NCBI RefSeq assembly: GCF_030028105.1
Contig: NC_092398.1
Coordinates: 25,125,649 to 25,189,648 of the forward strand
Direction: 5' to 3'
Source of the DNA: Mobula birostris
Taxonomy: Eukaryota
Length of the DNA: 64,000 nucleotides
Program-made: the position numbers and the translations under genes
The notes under the pieces: model-generated
Seen by the model: the letters and a program-made list of their open reading frames with translations, nothing else
Database searches by the model: none
What the model was told of the DNA's origin: nothing
Shown here: positions 37,301 through 51,330 of the stretch, one piece after another
How the letters are laid out: each line of letters opens with the position of its first letter
How positions within the stretch are numbered: the first letter of the stretch is position 1

Positions 37301-40300
37301 GCTCCCATCTCATCTAACATCCATCAGAATGTGTGAGATGTGAAGACACTCCCCTGATCTGACTGGATTTCCCTGGGCAGCCCCACCGTAGTGAAAAATT
37401 TCACAAGCGCCTTTACCACTGCGGGAGCCTTGACGCTTGCCAGGGGCACCACCTCTGGAAACCTGGTGGTGGCGCACATCATAGTCATCACACACTCTCG
37501 CCCACTTGCAGTTCTGGGCAGGGGACCGACAAAATCCACAATATTCGGGAAAAAGGTTCCCCGAAAGCGGGTATCGGTCAAAGGGGCGCTTTTGGCAGGA
37601 CTTGATTTGGCTTTCCTACCACCTGGCATAAATGGCATCGCCTACAATATTCAACAATATCTTTCCTCATGTTTGGCCAGTAAAACTCTTTCATGATTCT
37701 GCCGACTGTTTTCCTCACCCCAAAATGTCCACCGAGGGGTATCTTGTGGGCCAGGTTAAAAATCTGGCCCCTATAAATTTTTGGCACCACCACCTGGTGT
37801 ACAACCCCCCATTCCTCATCTGCGGGCACGGTACGTGGTCTCCATTTCCTCATTAGTACTCCGTCCTTTACATAATAGCCCACTGGCTCCCTTTTTAATT
37901 CTGCTTCAGAGAGAGCTGTCTCCGCCAAAACCATCAGCTCCTCGTCTCGCTCCTGTGCCTGTACAAATTCCTTCCTTGCTAATGATAAATCTACCTCAAC
38001 GTCCGTTTCACTATGCCCCTTCTTTTCACTTTCTAACCCCTCCTGGTACAAGGCTGGTAAAAACGTCTCCGCTAAAGCTACATTTGCTTCGCCAGGCTTT
38101 CTGGACATGTGCTGAGTCACTGCGCAAATGGGATAAACCTGTGAGTCCATGGGCGGGGCCTCAATCCTGGCAGGCTGGCTAGTCAATCTTGCTGCTGGGT
38201 ACACCTCTCCGCCAGCGAGATCATTACCGAGTAAGACCTCCATGTCTTCCATCGGTAGTTCGGGCCTCACCCCGATCGTGACCAGTCCGGAGACCAAGTC
38301 GCTTTTTAGGTGTATCTGGTGCAAAGGTACTGCTTCAGTCCCTTTCCCAATGCCTTTTATCACACTGACCTCCCCAGTCTCTAAAACACTCCTTAAGATC
38401 AGTGACTGACAAGCTCCTGTGTCTCTCCAGATCCGCACTGGAACTGGATTTGACCCCTCCTTCACCGACACCAATCTTGCCGAAATAAACTTCTCACACC
38501 CTTCCTGAACTTTATCAGCCCTCTTCTCCCCTAGTGGTTTGTTTGCCGGTTCAATACAGCCAGTCGGAGTCGTTTTTCCTTTCCCCGTCTCCTTCTTTGG
38601 GGCGAAGCACCTGGACGCAAAGTGACCGGCTTTCCCACAATTATAGCATACGACCCCAGGAGACTTCCTACCAAACTGCTTCCTGTCTACCTTATCCTTC
38701 TCACTAGTCCCCGGCTTACTTTCTGACTTTTCTGGCAGACTCTCTCCGCCGTCCTGACTACCCTTCTGGTAGCCTTTACTCGGGGTAAGCTTCGTTTTAT
38801 GTGTCAACGCGTACTCATCCGCTAACTTAGCAGTTGCGGCTAAGGCGCCTGCCTCTTTCTCGTCTAGGTAGGGTCTCATACCTTCAGGGACACAACCTTT
38901 AAACTGCTCAATCAGGATTAGCTGTAGCAGTCTGTCAGAATCCCCATTGACCCCTTTCGAGGCGCACCAACGCTCACAATATGTCTGCATCTCAGGGACA
39001 AACTCTATATACGTGCGGCCCCATTGCTTCCTCGCATTCCGGAACCTCTGCCAGTATACCTCCGGGACCAACTCATAAATCCTGTGTATGGCCTCTTTCA
39101 CCACATCATACCTCTGGGCATCTTCTGCGGACAAGGCCAAGTAAGCTTGTTGGGCTTTTCCTTTAAGTACACTCTGAAGCAAAACAGCCCACTTATCCCT
39201 CGGCCAGTCCTGACTTGCAGCAACTTTTTCAAAATGGAGAAAGTACCGATCAACATCGGTCTCCTCAAATGGGGGACCCAGCCTAACCTCCTGGGTCGCC
39301 CTGAACCCTCCACCTTGGTTCGGCATGGGCCCCTGCGCTGCCATCATCTTCAACTTCTCCAGCTCAAATTCCCTTTCCCTCTGTTTCTCTCTCGCTTCTC
39401 GTTCTAACTGCTTGTTCCTCTCTTCTCGCTCTTCTCTCTCTTCTGTTTTACCCGGAACTTGTGCTCGAGTCTCAATTTTTCAATCTGCAGCTGTACCGCT
39501 TCTGCACCATGTTTTCCCATAGATACCACCTCCAGCTCCCCTTGGGGAAACACACCTTTAGATACATAATGCTCTATGATAGCTCTGTGCATCTCCGCTC
39601 TCCTCATTGTCGACTTCCCCTTAAAAAGATTCAACCGTTGGGCCACAGCTGCCAATTCTGATTTCCTGGCATCCTCTAATGCCACCAAGGTTGGTGCCTT
39701 TAGAAATTCCTCAATCTCTATTTCTGCTGTTTGCCCTTTCTTTCTTTCAGGAATTTTAACCCAATCAATTTACCCCGTCCCAAATTTAGCGTTCAAAATC
39801 GCGGACGAGAACCCCACTTATGTTACGTACCCCGTAACTGGGTTGCCAAACCAGCAGAAATGGACCACTTAGTTGGAGTCTGGATTACTGGAACTAAGAA
39901 AGTTTTATTGAAGAAATAAGTAACACAGTACTCTAATCGTAAGGATATAAATGCAACGGGTTAGCAATGATAAAACACACATGTACACAGAACTAGGATA
40001 ATAGGAATCAGTCAAGCTCTATCACAGTCTAGGGGTAAAATGATCAGTCTCAAGTGACGCAGAGTTCAGTTCAGCTTAGTACAGTTCGCAGTAATTGCTG
40101 TTGTGCTGTTGGGGAGAGAGAGAGAGAGAGAGAGAGCGTGAATGATGATATGCAAATCGAATTCAGACAGACCTTGATGTTCCTCTGCAGTTAGCTTTCG
40201 GGCGAGCCCTTTTTAATGTCTTCTGAGGTCACCGACTGTGACCCCTCTGTTCCGGATACGATCGTTCTTCCGCGGTGAACCCGGCACCCAGGCAAGGGCG

Positions 40301-40673
40301 GACACACACACCAGGTTCCCGCCGATCGTACCCTTTCACCCAGTGCGTCTATGGTCGGTCCCGCGATCAGACCTCCAAAACTCCCACCAACTTGTGGGGG
40401 CACAGCGCACTTCCAGGGTCTCGTTACCTCGTGATCTCGTGGTGTCTGTCTTGCCTTAGCAAACCTGTTCCTTTTATCCCCCTGCTGGGGTATCGCCTGT
40501 CCATCAAACTTCAAACAGTTCAGGTTCAAAGCAACCCATCTGACAATACTCGGAACTGTGTATCTTTTCATTAATCTCTCTCGTCTGTCACTAACATTTC
40601 CGAATGCTGTTCCATTGTCTCACTTATCTCCCTCATTAGCATCAATCTTCTGATAACTTGGTCTTTTGTCACA
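34314..40673 (-). mobile_element. Gmr1-like Gypsy LTR retrotransposon (SCAN-gag, protease, integrase, RT, RNase H), both LTRs, decayed
   Basis: LTRs 39821-40673 and 34314-35141; 4-bp TSD TTTG (34310-34313 / 40674-40677). PBS TGGGGTTCTCGTCCGCGAT resembles the tRNA-Pro PBS, and a purine-rich tract precedes the 3' LTR. Motifs: CYNCGKAGHFASRC, RDTGA, HHCC, GALERF, YIDDLV, VIYTDHNPL. Integrase precedes RT. Confidence 0.95.
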
Positions 40674-41176
40674 TTTGTCATCTATATCAATGATCCGGAT
40701 GATAATGTGGTAAATTGGATCAGCAAATTTGCTGATGATACAAAGATTGGAGGTGTAGTGGACAATGAGGAAGGTTTTCAAAGCTTGTAGAGGGACTTGG
40801 ACCAGCTGGAAAAATGGGCTGAAAAATGGCAATGGAGTTTAATACAAACAAATGTAAGGTATTGCACTTTGGAAGGACAAACCAAGGTAGAACGTACAGG
40901 GTAAATGGCAAGGCACTGAGGAATGCAGTAGAACAGAGGGATCTGGGAATACAGATACAAAATTCCCTAAAAGTGGCGTCACAGGTAGATAGGGTTGTAA
41001 AGAGAGCTTTTGGTACATTGGCTTTTATTAATCAAAGTATTGAGTATGAGAGCTGGAATGTTATGATGAGGTTGTATAAGGCATTGGTGAGGCTGAATCT
41101 GGAGTATTGTGTTCAGTTTTGGTCACCAAATTACAGGAAAGATATTAAGAAGGTTGAAAGAGTGCAGAGAAGGTTT

Positions 41177-44100
41177 AGACAATAGACAATAGGTGCAGAA
41201 GTAGACCATTCGGCCCTTCGAGCCTGCACCACCATTCTGAGATCATGGCTGATCAGCTACTATCAATACCTGGTCCCTGCCTTGTCCCCATAACCCGTGA
41301 TTCCCCTATCCATAAGATACCTATCTAGCTCCTTCTTGAAAGCATCTAGAGAATTGGGCTCCACTGCCTTCTGAGGCAGCGCATTCCACACCTCCACAAC
41401 TCTCTGGGAGAAGAAGTTCCTCCTCAACTCTGTCCTAAATGACCTACCCCTTATTCTTAAACCATGCCCTCTGGTACTGGACTCTCCCAGCATCTGGAAC
41501 ATATTTCCTGCCTCTATCTTGTCCAATCCCTTAATAATCTTATATGTCTCAATCAGATCCCCACTCAATCTCCTTAATTCCAGCGTGTACAAGCCCAGTC
41601 TCTCTAACCTCTCTACGTAAGACAGTCCGGACATCCCAGGAATTAACCTAGTGAACCTACGCTGCACCTCCTCCACAGCCAGGATGTCCTTCCTTAACCC
41701 TGGAGACCAGAACTGCATACAATACTCCAGGTGTGGTCTCACCAGGGCCCTGTACAAATGCAAAAGGATTCCTTGCTTTTGTATTCAATTCCCTTTGTAA
41801 TAAAGGCCAACATTCCATTAACCTTCTTCACTGCCTGCTGCACTTGCTCATTCACCTTCAGAGACTGATGAACAAGTACTCCTAGATCTCTTTGTATTTC
41901 TCCCTTACCTAACTCCACACCGTTCAGATAATAATCTGCCTTCCTGTTCTTGCTCCCAAAGTGAATACCCTCACACTTATTCACATTAAACGCCATCTGC
42001 CAAGTTTCTGCCCACTCACCCAGCCTATCCAAGTCACCTTGAATTCTCCTAACATCCTCATCACATGTCACACTGCCACCCAGCTTAGTATCATCAGCAA
42101 ACTTGCTGATGTTATTCACAATGCCTTCCTCTAAATCATTGACGTAAATCGTAAACAGCTGTGGTCCCAATACCGAGCCCTGTGGCACCCCACTAGTCAC
42201 CACCTGCCATTCCGAGAAACACCCATTCACTACTACCCTTTGCTTTCTATCTACCAACCAGTTTTCTATCCACGTCAATATCCTCCCCCCAATGCCATGA
42301 GCTCTGATTTTACCCACCAATCTCCTATGTGGTACCTTATCAAATGCCTTCTGAAAGTCAAGGTACACCACATCCACTGGATCTCCAGCATCTATCTTCC
42401 TGGTTACATCCTCGAAAAACTCCAATAGATTAGTCAAGCATGACTTGCCCTTGGTAAATCCATGCTGGCTCATCCCAATCCTATCACTGCTATCAAGATA
42501 TGCCGCTATTTCATCTTTAATAATGGACTCTAGCATCTTCCCCACTACTGACGTTAGGCTAACAGGGCGATAGTTCTCTGTTTTCTCCCTCCCTCCTTTC
42601 TTAAAAAGTGGGATAACATTAGCCATTCGCCAATCCTCAGGAACTGATCCTGAATCTAAGGAACATTGGAAAATGATCACCAATGCTTCTGCAATTTCCA
42701 GAGCCACCTCCTTTAGTATCCTAGGATGCAGACCATCTGGAGCTGGGGATTTGTTAGCCTTCAGTCCCATCAGTCTACTCATCACCGTTTCCTTCCTAAT
42801 GTCAATCTGTTTCAGTTCCTCTGTTACCCTATGTCCTTGGCCCATCCATACATCTGGGAGATTGCTTGTGTCTTCCCTAGTGAAGACAGATCCAAAGTAC
42901 TTATTAAATTCGTCTGCCATTTCTCTGTTTCCCATAACAATTTCTCTCAATTCATTCTTCAAGGGCCCAACATTGTTCTTAACTATCTTCCTTCTCTTCA
43001 CATACCTAAAAAAAACTTTTGCTACCCCCCTTTATATTCCTAGCTAGCTTGCGTTCATACCTCATTTTTTCTCCCCGTATAGCCTTTTTAGTTAAGTTCT
43101 GTTGCTCCTTAAAAATTTCCCAATCATCTGTCTTCCCACTCACCTTAGCTCTGTTATACTTTTTTAATGCTATGCTATCTCTGACTTCCTTTGTCAACCA
43201 CTGTGGCCACTTTCCCCCCTTTGAATCCTTCCTTCTCTGGGGGATGAACTGATTTTGCACCTTGTGCATTATTCCCAAGGATACCTGCCACTGTTGTTCC
43301 ACTGTCTTTTCTGCTAGGATATCGGACCAGTCAACTTTGGCCGGCTCCTCCCTCATGGTTCCATAGTCTCCTTTGTTCAACTGCAATACTGACACTTCTG
43401 ATCTGCCCTTATCCCTCTCAATTTGCAGATAAAAACTTATCATATTATGGTCAATACCACCTAATGGCTCCTTTACTTCAAGATCACTTATCAAATCCTG
43501 TTCATTGCACAACACTAAATCCAGAATAGCCTTATCCCTGGTCGGCTCTCGTACAAGCTGCTCCAAAAATGCATCCCGTAGGCACTCTACAAACTCCCTA
43601 TCCTGGGCTCCAGTTCCAACCTGATTTTCCCAGTTCACCTGCATGTTGAAATCCCCCATAACGACTGCGACATTTCCTTTGCCACATGCCATTGTTAACT
43701 CCCTATTCAACTTGCACCCAATATCCATGCTATTGTTTGGGGGCCTGTAGATAACACCTATTAGGGTCTTTTTGCCCTTACTGTTCCTCAGTTCTATTCA
43801 CACTGACTATACTTCTCCTGATTCTATGTCCCCCCCCCCTTGCAAGGGACTGAATCTCATTCCTCACCAACAGGGCCACCCCAGCCCCTCTGCCCACCTT
43901 TCTGTCCCTTCGATAGCATGTATACCCTTGTACATTCAATTCCCAGGTCTGATCCCCCTGCAGCCATATCTCCGTTATCCCAACAACACCATAGTTACCC
44001 ATTCGCACCTGAGCTTCAAGCTCATCCGCCTTATTTCTGACACTTCACGTATTCAGATATAGAATTTTTAACCCATTTCTCCTCTCTCTGTTTAAATCGC

Positions 44101-44187
44101 TACCTATTGTGCATAACCCAGCTCCCCGAACTCTCACCGGGCTATATGCCCCTTGAATTTTGTTGTCCTCCTTAAATTTACTTACTC
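41177..44187 (-). mobile_element. CR1 LINE with most of ORF2, antisense insertion into another CR1
   Basis: ORFs 43778-44008, 43006-43728, 41739-43001 (RT: [20 protein letters not shown]) and 41263-41763. Tail (CTATTGT)n at about 41177-41190. Confidence 0.93.
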
Positions 44188-45779
44188 TTTCTGCACTAAG
44201 GATGTTGCCAGGACTTGAGAAACTCAGTTACAGAGAAAGGTTGAATAGGTTAGGACTTTATTCCCTGGAACGTAGAAGAATGAGGGGAGATTTGATAGAG
44301 GTATATAAAATTATGATGGGTATAGATAGTGAATGCAAGCAGGCTTTTTCCACTGAGGCAAGGGGAGGAAAAAACCAGAGGACATGGGTTAAGGGTGAGG
44401 GGGGAAAAGTTTAAAGGGAACATGAGGTGGGGGGGCTTCTTCACACAGAGAGTGGTGGGAGTACGGAATGAGCTGCCAGACAAGCTGGTAAATGCGGGTT
44501 CTTTTTTTAACATTTAAAAATAAATTGGACAGATACATGGATGGAAGGTGTATGGAGGGATATGGTCCGTGTGCAGGTCAGTGGGACTAGGCAGAAAATA
44601 GTTCGGCACAGCCAAAAAGGTTCTGTGCTGTAGTTTTTTCTATGGTGTGCAGAAGATCATCTCTGAATGCTCAACACGTCAAAACTTAGAGTGGATGCGC
44701 TTTCGCAGCAGAAGATCATGAAGTTACAACAGTGGCCACTTTATTAGGTACAGTAGGTAAGTCCAGATGGAGTTGCTTTATTGGGTAAAGGAACCAAGCG
44801 GGAAGTCTTCCACAGCACCGGTATCTTTTCCTGACTCAGTCTCAGATTGTAAAGGTGCGTCAAAATACCAGAGAGCAGGTACCCACCTGCTTCAAAGGAG
44901 TGACGGTAATACCAGTGCCCAAGAAGAGCAGGGTGATTTGACTCAACAACTAATGCCCAGTGGCACTTATATCTACTGTGTTGACGTGTTTTGAAGGTTA
45001 ATGATGGCTAAAATCAATTCCTGCCTTAGCACCGACCTGGACCTGCTGCAATTTACCAAATAAATCTACAGTGTTTGCAATATCACTGGCTCTCCACTTG
45101 GTCTTGGATCACCTGGACAATAGTAATACTTATCTCGGGCTGCTGTTTATTGACTACAGCTCAGCATTCAACACAATCATACCCTCGGTACAAATCAACA
45201 AGCTCCAAAGCCTGGGCCTCTGTATCTCCCTCTCCAGCTGCATCCTTGACTTCCTCTCTGGGAGACCACAGTCTGTGCAGATTGAAAATTCCTCACTGAC
45301 AATCAACACTGGCGCAACTCAAGAATGCGGGCTTAGCTCAAGAATGAGGGCTACTCCCTCTACACTCACAATTGTGGGGCTAGGCACAGCTCAAACACCA
45401 TCTATAAATTTGCCAACTATGACAGAACTATTGTTGGCAGAAATCCAGTTGTGACAGGGAGGCACAAAGGAGTGAAATAGGGCAGATGGATGAGTGGTGC
45501 GGCAGCAACAACCTTGCAAGACGAAGGTTGGGGAAGTCAGGAGATGAGTTTTGTTGATGCTCCGCATGAAATAAAGGCACTGTTGCGCCTTCTGATCAGG
45601 TTGGAGGAGTTCAGGGACCAGGTGAGATCCTCAGAAATATGAACATCAAGGAATTTGAAGCTTGATACACGCTCCACTACAGCTCCGTTGATGTAGATGG
45701 GGACGTGAGCATGCCTGGATCTTGACTGGAGGGTGGTCACTGCACAAATCTTCCCGACCTTGCAGGGGTTTCACTCAAA

Positions 45780-46789
45780 TATGCACGTCACAATTCCCGA
45801 ACGAAGATTAAAAAGGTCGATCACTCCCAAAACGCTGAACAACATTAACTTTACCCAATCCTATGAACTCGGGTAACTGTGGTAATGCCTTCACTCTCCG
45901 ATACTGGACTGTCAGGGAAAAATAAACGTGCAACGAACAAAACCGGTGGTGTCTCGAAACATCCGACTGGCAACAACAACGTTGCTCAAAAATACAAAGG
46001 AGAACTGCGCCACAGTGGCGGGCTTTATTTAAATACCGTTTGGAACACGCTATCATGTGACATAACATCACCCCACGGTCATGAGACAATTACATCGAGA
46101 TAATGACATCATGCTCACAGATATGTAACAGTACACTTGAGGCATTCGCCAAGAAAGCTAAAGATAAGCCTGCTCGTGGTCTTATTGTTTCTCATATTTG
46201 TGAAATGATGGCAAGATATGGAAAAGCTCACACAATTGGTGATAGATTAATTAAGCCTGCTGTATTAGAAGTGCTCACCACTGTTCTCAAAATGATACCA
46301 GTTTTTTAAAATCAATTCCTCTGAGCAATAACACTGTGGCTCATCGTATTGATGAAATGAGTGAAGACATATCAACAAAAAAAATCAGAATTGTGCGAAA
46401 CAATGAGGCATTGCTGATAGTATATACAGTATACGGTGTATCAAAAAGGGAGAAGTTTATGAAGAGACCCTCTTCTGTAAAAAGTTAAAAATATCAATGG
46501 AGAATCAATCTACGATTAGCTCAAAATGTATATTGAGGATAAAAGTATTCTGATTCGGAACATGATTTCTTCTCCCACAGACGGAGCACCATATATGATA
46601 GGTCGGCATGCAAGTTTTGGTGGCATTAATGAAAAAAGAAATCCAAAGTCTGTTTAGATCACATTGAAATTGAAGCTGCTGTACTGTTTATGGATACTGT
46701 GTAAGCTAGGTTGAAAGACAAAAAATTGACAAGTATGGAAATGCTTTGGGAGGGGACAGTGTTGGGCTAAGAACGGTTGGGAAACACTG
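45780..46789 (+). mobile_element. Internally deleted hAT (Charlie/Buster-like) element with right TIR
   Basis: GKAHTIGDRLIKPA, PLSNNTVAHRIDEMSED remnants. The terminus GGTTGGGAAACACTG ends at 46789. Confidence 0.8.
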
Positions 46790-46853
46790 ACCTGTACAAA
46801 CGTCTGTCACCTGCCTGTCTTATTCCGCAATAGCAGATTAAGTATTGTGCAGT

Positions 46854-49800
46854 CAGGGCCGGATTAATCTAGTGCGGGGCTTGCAGCATATGTTATAAAG
46901 GGGCCCTAAATGTTAAAAATGCACGTAAGTATTAAAACATAAATTATTTACTTGCATAGTAAAGTAATTCAATTTTTTCATTTGCTATGCAGCCAGATAA
47001 TACAACAAATGTCTGGCACTTCAGTAATAGTATTACTTACATGTTGGTATCAATTTCAAATGTCAAAAGTAACAAAACTACAATTTAAAAGTTAGATTTT
47101 CTAGAGTTAGCATGAGCAAATTTGTTGTTGATACTGGAAATGTCTGTTTCATGCAGAAGTTCATGTTCAATGCTCATTAGGGTGAGATTGATCAATCTGT
47201 TTTGACCCATGCTGCTCCTGAGTTCATTTTTAATCCTTTTCACTTTTCATACGCGCGATTTTGCTTGTGTTTTCTTCGAGTTTGCTGTTGATGATCTTCA
47301 CACTTGGTCAGATCCGTGGCTTTTTGCTCAATGTCTGAAAAAGTAGACCGCACAGCTTGAATATATCCATGCAAGGATTCATAGAGTGCACAAGCTGTGT
47401 TCAAATCTTGGCCAGAAGATTGCAAAGAAGCACTGGTTATTTGAAAACACTGTGATACTTGATCCCACAATATGACCATTATTCCTGATTCCAACTTCAT
47501 CACGGTTGAAAGTACCCCAGGAGCCTGTTGTCAACACTCTGCCTTCTGATCATTGTTATTTGAAATGTCATCCAAGACTTATTTTATTGCAGAAAAGCTG
47601 TGTAAAAGTGCTTTTTTTGCATCTGCACGAGCTCACCACCTGGTATCTGACATTCTTTTCACGATGGGCAAATGAGCACCACCATCAGATAATGCAGCAG
47701 AAAGGAGATCCCACTGAGAAGTAGAAACAGGAAAAAATGTGTATGGGCTTTCTACAAATTGAAAGTAAATTAATGCTTCTTGACAATATTCAGCAGCACA
47801 TTTTCCAACCAAATTTAGTGAATGTGCAAAACATGGAACGTAATCCGCAAACTCATTCAGCTCTTTAATTCTGCCACTCATGTTGCTGGCATTGTCATAA
47901 GTTTGACCATGGCAGTCTTTAATATCAATGTCATTTTCCTTTAAAAAGTCAAGTAAACTTTGAGTGAGCTGTTCAGCACTATGACCTTCCATATCCAAAA
48001 ACTTCACAAATCTTTCAACTGGTCCAGACGGCAAAACATAGCGCAAATTCAATGTCAGCTGGTCCATATTTGATATATCTGGAGTAGAATCCAATGGAAC
48101 CAAATAATACTTGTATTTCTTCACTTCACCGATAATGTGATCCAGAATACTGAATCCAATCAGACTGATGAATTCCTCACATGTTGTTTTAGAAAGGTAT
48201 GACTTATGTCCCCTTCCTTGGTTTGCATGAGCATTTTTATGCTCTGCCAGAAAAGGGTCAAACTTGGCCAGTAATTCTAACAACCCCAAGTAATTTCCAT
48301 TATGAGGAGAACCAATGAAATGAAAGGCCGCATTTTTCTAAAAACTTTACAACTTCAATTATTCGCTCTAGAAGTGTGCGCCAATACTTTTGTTCAGTCT
48401 CCATTTCTTTCACAAGGTGGGAATCAACATGCTTGGCTTTGTTCTTGCGCATCAACAGTGAAATTAAAGCTTGTCTATGTGAGGAACTTTCTTCATGTCG
48501 ATGTAATAGATTGCTTGCATTTTTCCAGTCATTAAACCCCTCCTCACTAAACTTTGATGAACATCCTGAAGTCATAACCTTGCATGGGAAACAGAATAGG
48601 CTTCCTTTGCTTTCTGAATAGCATAACCAATTTCTTGTATGTTTATGAACATGTATAAAATAAGACTTCTGACAGTGCTGAGGTTTCTTTTCATTGTCAT
48701 ACAATCGCATGGATGAAGCGAAGTCACTCTCAGCATGTTGGCATTCATCACTTCCCTTGGCTATCCAATATTCACGATCAGAATAATCTAGATTATATGG
48801 CCATTCACCAATATCATTAGAGCATTCCATTCATCCCCCCCGCCATCCCTCCCCACTGATCTCGCTCCTGGCATTTAGCCTTGTAAGCGGAACAAGTGCT
48901 ACACATGCCCTTACACTTCCTTCCTCACTACCATTTTGGGCCCCAGACAGTCCTTCCAGGTGAGGCGATACTTCACCTGTGAGTTGGCAGAGGTGATATA
49001 TAGTGTCCAGTGCTCCCGATGTGGCCTTCTATATATTGGCGAGACCCAATGCAGACTGGGAGATCGTTTGGCTGAACACCTACACACTGTCTGCCAGAGT
49101 AAGCAGGATCTTCCAGTGGCCACACATTTTAATTCCACGTCCCATTCCCATTCTGATATGGCAATCCAGGGCCGCCTCTACTGTAAAGATGAAGCCACAC
49201 TCAGGTTGGAGGAACAACACCTTATATTCCGTCTGGGTAGCCTCCAACCTGATGGCATGAACATTGACTTCTCAAACTTCCGCTAATACCCCACCTCCCC
49301 CTCGTACCCCATCTGTTATTTATTTATATACACATATTCTTTTTCTCTCTCTTCTTTTTCTCCCTCTGTTCCTCTCACTATACCCCTTGCCCATCCTCTG
49401 TTTTTCCCCCACTCCCCCTTTTCTTTGTCCCTGGGCCTCCTGTCCCATGATCCTCTCATATCCCTTTTGCCAATCACCTGTCCAGCTCTTGGCTCCATCC
49501 CTCCCCCTCCTGTCATCTGCTATCATTTCAGATCTCCCCCTCCCCCTCCCACTTTGAAATCTCTTACTAGCTCTTCTTTCAGTTAGGCTGACGAAGGGTC
49601 TTGGCCCAACATGTCGACTGTACCTCTTCCTAGAGATGCTGCCTGGCTTGCTGCGTTCACCAGCAACTTTTATGTGTGCTGCTCATTAGAGCACTCGTTC
49701 TCTTCACTTGTTCTTTCGCATTCAATGGACGCTGGCTGTTGCTGTATCAAGCCTTCTGCCGCACTAGTACCAGTTGTTCCTAAATTTCCAGCTTCAGCCG

Positions 49801-50685
49801 TAATAGCACCATCACCATCTCCATGAACATCAAAATATTCTGTCAACTTAGCTGTTTTTGTTATCACAAGTTGGTCTCTTCTTTCTTTTTCTTCTTTTGC
49901 TTTACGTTTTGCACTTCCAGAAGCATGATAACATACAATATCTCTGGCTCTATTGCTCATTGCCATCTACATGAAAACAACAGCATTGCCAGATCGTCGT
50001 CGTTGTGGCGTGGATGAAATCACAGAGCGTTGCATTACTGGTAGGTAAAAGGCAGTTTCTTTATTCGACAAAACTAGGTCACAGCAGGCAAAGACACCTG
50101 GCAGAACATGTCTAACCGTCTTGTGATTGAGGCTCGATATTTATTTGCTAAATACAAAGGACAGTTCATTGTTACAAGTATAGACAATTCTTTGAAGTTT
50201 ACACATCTTTTGATTAAATTCATTCTACCGGCACCAGTATGCCTAAGCTGGCATTCATGGCCTTTAGGAATGCAAGTTAAAATCCATAGTACATTATTTG
50301 GTATGTTATGTGCTACCATAGAGGACAACTCATATTCAAAAAAAGCATAGATATGGTATGTTTGCAACGAGCTGTAAACTTTGCATTCTTGTGCCAGAGA
50401 TGCATTGTTACAAATGAAACTGGGTTCACAGCTATTAGGAAATGCATTGTTCTCAACTCAGTCTACAGTACTCTGCAAAGAACAGAAGGCTGATGGCTGA
50501 AGTCAGTTAGTTAAGTGTACATGAATCGTTTACCGAAAAATCTCTCTAACAGTCGTAAGAATACTGTGAGTTCAGATGCCAATTTCACCAGACTGCAGCT
50601 TGCAAGCATTTAGTGCGGGCAGGGCCCTCGAAAATGTGGGGCCCGTAGCATATGCTACTTTTGCTACTAGGTTAATCCAGCCCTG
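46854..50685 (-). mobile_element. hAT transposon with ZMYM1-like transposase (TTF-type zinc finger, DUF4371-like region), decayed
   Basis: TIRs CAGGGCCGGATTAA / TTAATCCAGCCCTG; degenerate 8-bp TSD TGTGCAGT / TGCGCACT. Motifs: WLCYSESKGSLFCFPC, LDSTPDIS, GQTYDNASNMSG, YVPCFAHSLNLVG. It is inserted in an antisense CR1. Confidence 0.92.
48825..49682 (+). mobile_element. Penelope-like GIY-YIG 3' fragment inserted in the hAT transposase
   Basis: ORF 48936-49286: VIYSVQCSRCGLLYIGETQCRLGDRLAEH...GSLQPDGMNIDFSNFR. It is flanked by an 11-bp direct repeat TCATTAGAGCA (48814-48824 / 49683-49693). Confidence 0.85.
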
Positions 50686-51255
50686 TGCGCACTCTCTCGT
50701 TGGAAACTCTCCTAAACAAATTTGACGAACTCTATCCCATCTCATCCTTTTACAGTATGGGAGTCCCAGTCAATATGTGCAAAGTTAAAACCATCTACAT
50801 TATGTTTCTTGCAATAGCCTGTGATCTCTCTACAGATTTGTTCCTCTGCATCCCTCGGACTGTTGGGTGGTCTGTAATATAGTCCCATTATCGTGGTCAT
50901 ACATTTCTTATTTCTCTGTTCCACCCATAACACCTCAATAGATGAGTTCTCCGGTGAAGCCAATCCGAGACCCGGCGAGCTGGCACTCGCCAGAGACTGC
51001 GCGCGCCCTCGTCATCTGGCCGCCCGCCACTGATCGGCTGCCGCGGCTTCCTGCCAGACACACACCCCCCCCACCCTCTGTCAGGTGCGCAACTCCGCCA
51101 GCAGCCGGGCCGATCCCTCACTCTATTCGGCGTTGCCAGAAGTGGAGGAGCAAAGCTGGGGCTGGGACTAGGGCGGTACGGTGGGCGGGGAGAATGGCGG
51201 GGGCGTCGCCTCCTCCTACCTCCAGCCGCTCTTTGCTTTTGGCTCAGTCGCAACC

Positions 51256-51330
51256 ATGGGTCGATATTGCACTGCCTGGGCGCTCCTCCTGCTCCTCCTC
51301 CTCGTTCGGGGACTCACAGCTCGGCGGCCG
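51256..51330 (+). pseudogene. Frameshifted duplicate of the plus-strand signal-peptide exon
   Basis: Near-identical to 32847-32922 but 75 nt instead of 76. The 1-nt deletion moves the GTGAGT donor to phase 0 (MGRYCTAWALLLLLLLVRGLTARRP). The Y box is mutated to CTGATCGG. Confidence 0.85.

Larger units (their letters stand above)
33640..44620 (+). mobile_element. CR1 RT/3' fragment split into three pieces (33640-34313, 40674-41176, about 44188-44620) by a Gypsy and an antisense CR1
   Basis: [14 protein letters not shown] reads through into IYINDPD..KFADDTKIGG across the Gypsy. ERVQRRF reads through into RMLPGLEKLSY across the antisense CR1. Confidence 0.88.

Noticed and set aside
40191-40574. 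ORFs repeated at 34668-34997 and 40191-40574 as a duplicated gene
   Set aside because: They lie within the two LTRs of the Gypsy element.
47240-48830. Domesticated ZMYM1-like host gene
   Set aside because: It is bounded by TIRs and a TSD, and broken by stops, frameshifts and a Penelope-like insertion.
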